Below, piece after piece: positions 31,414-35,728 of a stretch of 35,728 bases of DNA. The stretch is taken from IMG/VR virus record IMGVR_UViG_3300045988_069534. The stretch is one strand, 5' to 3'. The notes under the pieces are model-generated. The model ran no database searches and was not told the origin of the DNA. It saw nothing but the letters and a program-made list of their open reading frames with translations. The position numbers and the translations under genes were made by a program. The number at the start of each line of letters is the position of its first letter. Within the stretch, counting starts at the first letter, position 1. Source of the stretch: a virus.

Positions 31414-32565
31414 TTATTCACCCCCTTTCACGTCTCCTAAGTGTTCCATTTTTTCTGCTTCTGCATAGTTCTTGGTTATGTAATGCTTTTGTGACCAGTC
31501 AGTCTTCAAAGCTGTATCACCCAGTTTCACACGCAATTCGTCGATACAGTACAGCCCGGACGATAGCAGCTTGTCTGAATTCGTCGCCTGCTCGAAAATA
31601 TCAATATGCTGTATGCAGTTCGTGTTTACGTCCATGTAGTTTCCCTTTGCGAACTGCTTTTCCCCATATTTTTTGCGTGTCACTTCGCTTCCGATCCGCT
31701 GGCATATCGGATCAATAGCGAACGTCAAAAAATTCTTCGTGATCTTCTCGACGTCCGATACATCCCCCAGCATAAGTGCTTTCGGGATCTTGTACGCCCT
31801 GCCAGCCATCTCGAATTCATAGTTTATGCGTTCGTTCAGATCTGCTGGCGTCGGCGCTGTTGTCTGCTTCGTTACGTCCGTGTATGTGTACCCCGTCTGT
31901 AATGGTAGCACCGCTGAATCTGTATCATAAAAAGGCTTGAATCTGTCTGTGATCAGTGTTTGCAGCTTTGTTGTGAAATCCGGCTGCGCCGCTGTCTGTG
32001 CATCAATATTCAATATTCCTTTTTGCGCCCCAGCACGAAGCACGCTTCTGATTGCTTTTGCTACCGTCTGCCCGTATGCTGTGTACGATCCTTCCAGCCG
32101 CCGTCTGGCGTTTATGTTGTCCAGTTCCAGATATATGACCTCATGCGACAACATGGATCTTTGCATGGTCAGATCTCCGATCGTGATGTTGTTGAAAACG
32201 TCTTCGCGGAAGCTGTAATGCGTCCGTGTGAAACTGTCAGCAACGTACAATTTCCCGCCGACTTCTACGATCAGCGCTGCGTTATCATATAACAGATTTG
32301 TGACAAACTGCTGCCAGAAGTCCCCGGCGTTCTGGTTCTGGTTTGGTTCGTAGTTCCACAGGTAATATTCGCCCTTTTTCTCCGGGATCCCTTTTATAAA
32401 TGTTCTGAACTCGCATTTGCTGATCAGACTTGCGATCATATTGATGGCGCATGCTGTCGCAAGTTCCTTGAAAAACACTTCTGTCAGTTCTTCTTCGATC
32501 TGTGTTGTAACGTTGATCGTTGATTCTCTCCCGAATGCCCGCAGAAAATAATCATTCATGTTCAT
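31414..32565 (-). CDS. portal protein (HK97-family type)
   Basis: Lies between terL and the protease at the expected size. ATG 32565 lies 9 nt after AAAGGGGGTG; the ORF-track GTG at 32577 abuts the RBS. Confidence 0.85.
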   Translation of the reverse strand: MNMNDYFLRAFGRESTINVTTQIEEELTEVFFKELATACAINMIASLISKCEFRTFIKGIPEKKGEYYLWNYEPNQNQNAGDFWQQFVTNLLYDNAALIVEVGGKLYVADSFTRTHYSFREDVFNNITIGDLTMQRSMLSHEVIYLELDNINARRRLEGSYTAYGQTVAKAIRSVLRAGAQKGILNIDAQTAAQPDFTTKLQTLITDRFKPFYDTDSAVLPLQTGYTYTDVTKQTTAPTPADLNERINYEFEMAGRAYKIPKALMLGDVSDVEKITKNFLTFAIDPICQRIGSEVTRKKYGEKQFAKGNYMDVNTNCIQHIDIFEQATNSDKLLSSGLYCIDELRVKLGDTALKTDWSQKHYITKNYAEAEKMEHLGDVKGGE

Positions 32566-32584
32566 TCTTCCTTGCACCCCCTTT

Positions 32585-34258
32585 CTACATTGTGAAGAGT
32601 GGCAGCACGTCCGCTGATCCCTGCTGCTCCGGGATCAATTCATGCTGCGTCATGGCTGCTACGAATGCGAAAAAGCCGTCTGTCTTTCTGCTTTTCGCTT
32701 CTATCTTCTGGTATTCGTAATTCCCGTATTTTTTTGACTTCACTTTTTTTGTGTTGTTCGTATACCACCGCATGATCGACGAATCGCCGTATACTATGTT
32801 GTGATTTCTGAATCCGCTGTCTATGATCGGCTCTACTTTTATTTTGTCCGAAGGTCTGACCAGCTTTATATTTTTGTTTTCGTAAGTGAAGCCGTAACGT
32901 GCAAGCGCCTGTTTCATCAAAGCGAATCTGTAGTCGTCCAGTGCAAGCATGGGGATTGAATAAAAGCCCATCTGCTCGCCTATCCACTCCGCGATCAGTT
33001 CCGGCGCAATCTCCGGGGCGTCTACGAATTCCAGTTCCCCGGCTTCTTCTGCTTCATGCAGCGGGTATTTTATCCGCGGCAGATCTGCGCTTTTTAGACA
33101 CACCCACGTTTTTTGCTTCCAGACTACCTTTTCACCGCGTTTTGTAAGCACTCCAGCTGACGCAAAGTCATTGATCTTCGTGTAGTCAATGCCAGCCACA
33201 GCAATTTCACGCGCTTTCGGCGGTTCTACTTCCTGCTTTGTTGCCATAATATTGTCCCAGCTTGTCAGTTCCACTTCTCCGTTTCCCTGTCTCCAGTTCA
33301 TACGCTTTGTCATAAAGTCGCTGGAAGACGATCTGTTTTCCAGCCATTCTTTGTATTCTTTTCGCGTCTCTTCAAGTAGGTTCGGCAGATACTGCAAGGA
33401 CGGGTTCGGCTTGTGCCAATTTTCTTCGACGTGTACTTCTTCTGGATCGTCCAGCATACAGATAAACGGCAGGAAGCCGTTGTCTTCAATTTCTCCGTCC
33501 AGAATCTTTTTTGCTTTCTCGATCAGATCATCCAGTACACCGTCGTTGACGTCTCCGTTTGTTGTGATATAGGTTCGCCGCGGGTGTGGTTTTTTACCCA
33601 GCGCTGTTGTAAATACTTTGATATTGTCGTAACTTTCATACGCGTGTACCTCGTCAAAATCTACCTTCCCGGATCGCAAGCCGTCTTTTGACTTTGCATT
33701 GTTTGTCCGGTATTTTATTTTCGATCTTGTCTTTCTGCACTGTATTTCAGATTTTGTCCAGCGAAAAAACTTGATCAGCTTTTTTCTGTGTTTCTCCAGC
33801 ACGTTGTAAATGTCGTCAAAGGACGTCCGCGCCTGTTCTTCTGCTGTGGCGCATATATCGACGTCGTACTGCTGCAAATTGCTGTACGGACTGATCATGG
33901 CGAAGTCTTCAAACGCCAGATAGCCGTTTTTTCCTGCTCCCCTCGCTACGAATATTAACAGATCCGGGAAACGCGGCAGCCCATCTTCACGGAACACGCA
34001 GCAATGCAGTGTGAATACAAATTGTTCCCACTCGAACAGTTCAAAATCGAAGTATTTTTGCAAACCCATGTACTTTTTCAGCTGTTCTGTATCTATGGTC
34101 AAATTTTCGTTTTCAAAGCACTTTTTAACGAATTTTATTAGTTTTTTTTGCCATTTGCAGCACTTTTTTACACCGTTTTTGCCCTCATTTTCGACCAGAT
34201 CTATGTACTTTTGAAGTTCTGGGACGTCTCTATAATTCGTCGTCAAAATCTCCACCAC
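32585..34258 (-). CDS. terL: terminase large subunit
   Basis: Walker A-like VARGAGKNGY, 557 aa, follows terS. Start uncertain: tandem GTGs at 34258/34255 overlap the terS end. Confidence 0.92.
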   Translation of the reverse strand: MVEILTTNYRDVPELQKYIDLVENEGKNGVKKCCKWQKKLIKFVKKCFENENLTIDTEQLKKYMGLQKYFDFELFEWEQFVFTLHCCVFREDGLPRFPDLLIFVARGAGKNGYLAFEDFAMISPYSNLQQYDVDICATAEEQARTSFDDIYNVLEKHRKKLIKFFRWTKSEIQCRKTRSKIKYRTNNAKSKDGLRSGKVDFDEVHAYESYDNIKVFTTALGKKPHPRRTYITTNGDVNDGVLDDLIEKAKKILDGEIEDNGFLPFICMLDDPEEVHVEENWHKPNPSLQYLPNLLEETRKEYKEWLENRSSSSDFMTKRMNWRQGNGEVELTSWDNIMATKQEVEPPKAREIAVAGIDYTKINDFASAGVLTKRGEKVVWKQKTWVCLKSADLPRIKYPLHEAEEAGELEFVDAPEIAPELIAEWIGEQMGFYSIPMLALDDYRFALMKQALARYGFTYENKNIKLVRPSDKIKVEPIIDSGFRNHNIVYGDSSIMRWYTNNTKKVKSKKYGNYEYQKIEAKSRKTDGFFAFVAAMTQHELIPEQQGSADVLPLFTM

Positions 34259-34586
34259 CTATCGTGGCGTTTGCTTTCAGCCCCAGTTCAGAAAGTAGTT
34301 TCAGCATTTGCGCGTTTGTCTTATTAAACATGTCCACTGCTTCATTTTTCTTATAACCGGACTGACCGCCGCCGTTGTTGTATTCCACGATAATTCCGCG
34401 CTTTTGTATGTCTGCGATCAATAATGTTTTCGTGACATACATAGCCATGTAATCGGCGATCATATCTTCAAAAAATTTGCCGTATGTGCCGTTTGCTTCC
34501 AGCTGATCCCGCAGGTCTTTTTCGATCTCTTTGTACGGTTTTGATCGCGTGATTTTTTTAACTTCCGGCTTTCTTTCATCTGCCAT
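34230..34586 (-). CDS. terS: terminase small subunit (P27/Terminase_4-like)
   Basis: KKNEAVDMFNKTNAQMLKLLSELGL fits the P27-family C-terminus. ATG 34586 with GGGGGTGG upstream. Confidence 0.82.
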   Translation of the reverse strand: MADERKPEVKKITRSKPYKEIEKDLRDQLEANGTYGKFFEDMIADYMAMYVTKTLLIADIQKRGIIVEYNNGGGQSGYKKNEAVDMFNKTNAQMLKLLSELGLKANATIGGGDFDDEL

Positions 34587-34690
34587 ATATACCACCCCCA
34601 TTACATGTGCGCGCGAATCTGTTTTGTCTACCCCTTGCCCCGTTTCCCTTCCGGCAGCAAAAATCTGTTTCTTTTTGACCGGGGGGATCG

Positions 34691-35047
34691 TCACCAGCGT
34701 TCTTCGTTTGTGAAATGTTTCTTTTCACTGGTGATACGTTTGTCTGGGTGCTGTTCGTTGTGGCATGCTTCACACAATGGGATCAAGTTCTGATACACTA
34801 CGCCGTTGTAGGTGTACGTCCTCGACATAGCAAGTCGCGGGTGTTTCCTTACCCACTGCACATGATGGACGCTGCGCGCTCTGGTGTGGATGCCTTTCTT
34901 TTTACAGAACTGACATTCATAATTGTTTTCTTTCATCACCTGTGCGGACAGTTCCCGCCACTCATGCCACTTGTAAAACTTATATAATTTATTTTCTTTT
35001 ATCAGCTGTTTGATCCATGCTTCCAGCTGGTCTTCTGTTATCGTCAT
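34691..35047 (-). CDS. HNH endonuclease (terminase-associated)
   Basis: CQFCKKKG...HHVQWVRKHP...NLIPLCEACHNEQH. ATG 35047 with AAAGGA 8 nt upstream. Lies directly upstream of terS, as in HK97-like cos phages. Confidence 0.88.
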   Translation of the reverse strand: MTITEDQLEAWIKQLIKENKLYKFYKWHEWRELSAQVMKENNYECQFCKKKGIHTRARSVHHVQWVRKHPRLAMSRTYTYNGVVYQNLIPLCEACHNEQHPDKRITSEKKHFTNEERW

Positions 35048-35114
35048 GTCGAATGTCCTTTCGTGATACGGTGCAAGCGGCGACGCCTGCACCGATCGAA
35101 GGAAAGCTGCAAAC

Positions 35115-35160
35115 AAAAAAGACACACTGCACAAACCTTTTCGTTGTCTGTGCGTGTGTC
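35115..35160 (-). terminator. strong intrinsic terminator between ssb and the late operon
   Basis: Minus-sense RNA GACACACGCACAGAC...GUUUGUGCAGUGUGUC forms about 15 bp with one bulge (35121..35160), followed by UUUUUUGUUU (35120..35111). Confidence 0.7.
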
Positions 35161-35180
35161 TTTGTCTTGTTTACTGGCTT

Positions 35181-35209
35181 ATTATACCACTCTGTACGTT
35201 TTATTGCAA
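35181..35209 (-). promoter_or_regulatory. near-consensus extended -10 promoter firing into the terminator
   Basis: Minus strand has TTGCAA (35209..35204), a 17-bp spacer, then TGgTATAAT (35189..35181). Confidence 0.6.
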
Positions 35210-35282
35210 TTTCTTTTTCCTGCCGCCTGTGCGGCTCTGTGGCGTCTCCAGCGTTGCTTTATTGTGCGCCTGCTCCCACCTT

Positions 35283-35711
35283 TTACGAAAACGGTAGTTC
35301 TTCGTCTATTCCTTCCGGTATGTTCATAAAACCGTTTGCGTCTGTCTCCGGCTGTGCTGGCGCTTGCTGGTTTCCCTGCTGCCCTGCTGCCGCTTTGCTT
35401 TCTGCAAACTCCCATTCCTCGACAATGACGTCTGTTGTGTATACTTTGCCGCCGTCTTTGTTGGTATAGCTGCCCGTCTGTATTCGACCGGAAATTTCCA
35501 GCTTTGTTCCTTTCTTGCAATACTTTTCCAGACTTTCCGCACTCTTCCCGAATGCTACGCATGATATGAAGTCTGCGCCTGCATCCTTCTTCCGTCTGTT
35601 CACCGCCAGTGTGAAGCGTACAATGCAGATCTGTTCCTGTGATTCCTGCCCGTTCGTCCAGCGTGATTGTGGGTCCTTCGTCAGTCTTCCTGTCAAATCA
35701 ACTTTGTTCAT
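35283..35711 (-). CDS. ssb: single-stranded DNA-binding protein with acidic C-terminal tip
   Basis: MNKVDLTGRLTKDP...FTLAVNRRKKDAGADFISCVAFGKSAESLEKYCKKGTKLEISGRIQTGSYTNKDG... and C-terminal IDEELPFS. RBS GAGGGAAG. Its 5' end lies in the terminal overlap. Confidence 0.93.
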   Translation of the reverse strand: MNKVDLTGRLTKDPQSRWTNGQESQEQICIVRFTLAVNRRKKDAGADFISCVAFGKSAESLEKYCKKGTKLEISGRIQTGSYTNKDGGKVYTTDVIVEEWEFAESKAAAGQQGNQQAPAQPETDANGFMNIPEGIDEELPFS

Positions 35712-35728
35712 TCTTCCCTCTTACTTCT
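35674..35728. repeat. second copy of the 55-bp terminal overlap
   Basis: Identical to 1..55. Confidence 0.9.

Overview
The window is a complete, circularly assembled temperate siphovirus-type phage genome. The first 55 nt are identical to the last 55 nt, so the unique length is 35673 bp. Nearly all genes are on the minus strand.

Minus-strand gene order, by descending coordinate:
- ssb (crosses the contig junction), then a promoter-terminator cassette.
- Packaging and head genes: HNH endonuclease, terS, terL, portal, ClpP-type prohead protease, HK97-type major capsid protein, four head-tail joining genes.
- Tail genes: major tail protein, G/G-T tail chaperone with a canonical -1 slippery heptamer, tape measure, Dit, Tal-like protein, two tail-fibre genes.
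- A DGR-type reverse transcriptase, two small ORFs, holin, GH25 endolysin.
- After the plus-strand module, a long early operon: Cro-like regulator, many small hypotheticals, tandem-OB SSB-like protein, HAD hydrolase, HUH rolling-circle Rep, frameshifted N6-adenine methyltransferase, VRR-NUC nuclease, ParA/ParB.

The plus strand carries the lysogeny module: a CI-like repressor, a membrane-anchored HIRAN-like protein, a small basic ORF and a tyrosine integrase followed by a probable attP. One small plus-strand unit is also embedded in the early region. RBS style (GGAGG/AAGGAG), the holin family and the GH25 lysin suggest a Firmicutes (Clostridia-like) host; this is inference only.

Most notable observations:
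1. The DGR RT sits next to a tail-fibre ORF with an Mtd-like, Asn(AAY)-rich C-terminus, but I found no second (TR) copy and no avd.
2. A conserved 18-20 nt box embeds the RBS of five consecutive early genes. Three sense copies lie in the 3' part of a divergent plus-strand transcript.
3. A plasmid-like promoter, hairpin and attenuator arrangement lies upstream of the HUH Rep gene.
4. A near-consensus promoter is followed immediately by a strong terminator in front of the late operon.
5. The major capsid and major tail proteins share a C-terminal ~45-aa helical domain and an identical 23-nt translation initiation region.
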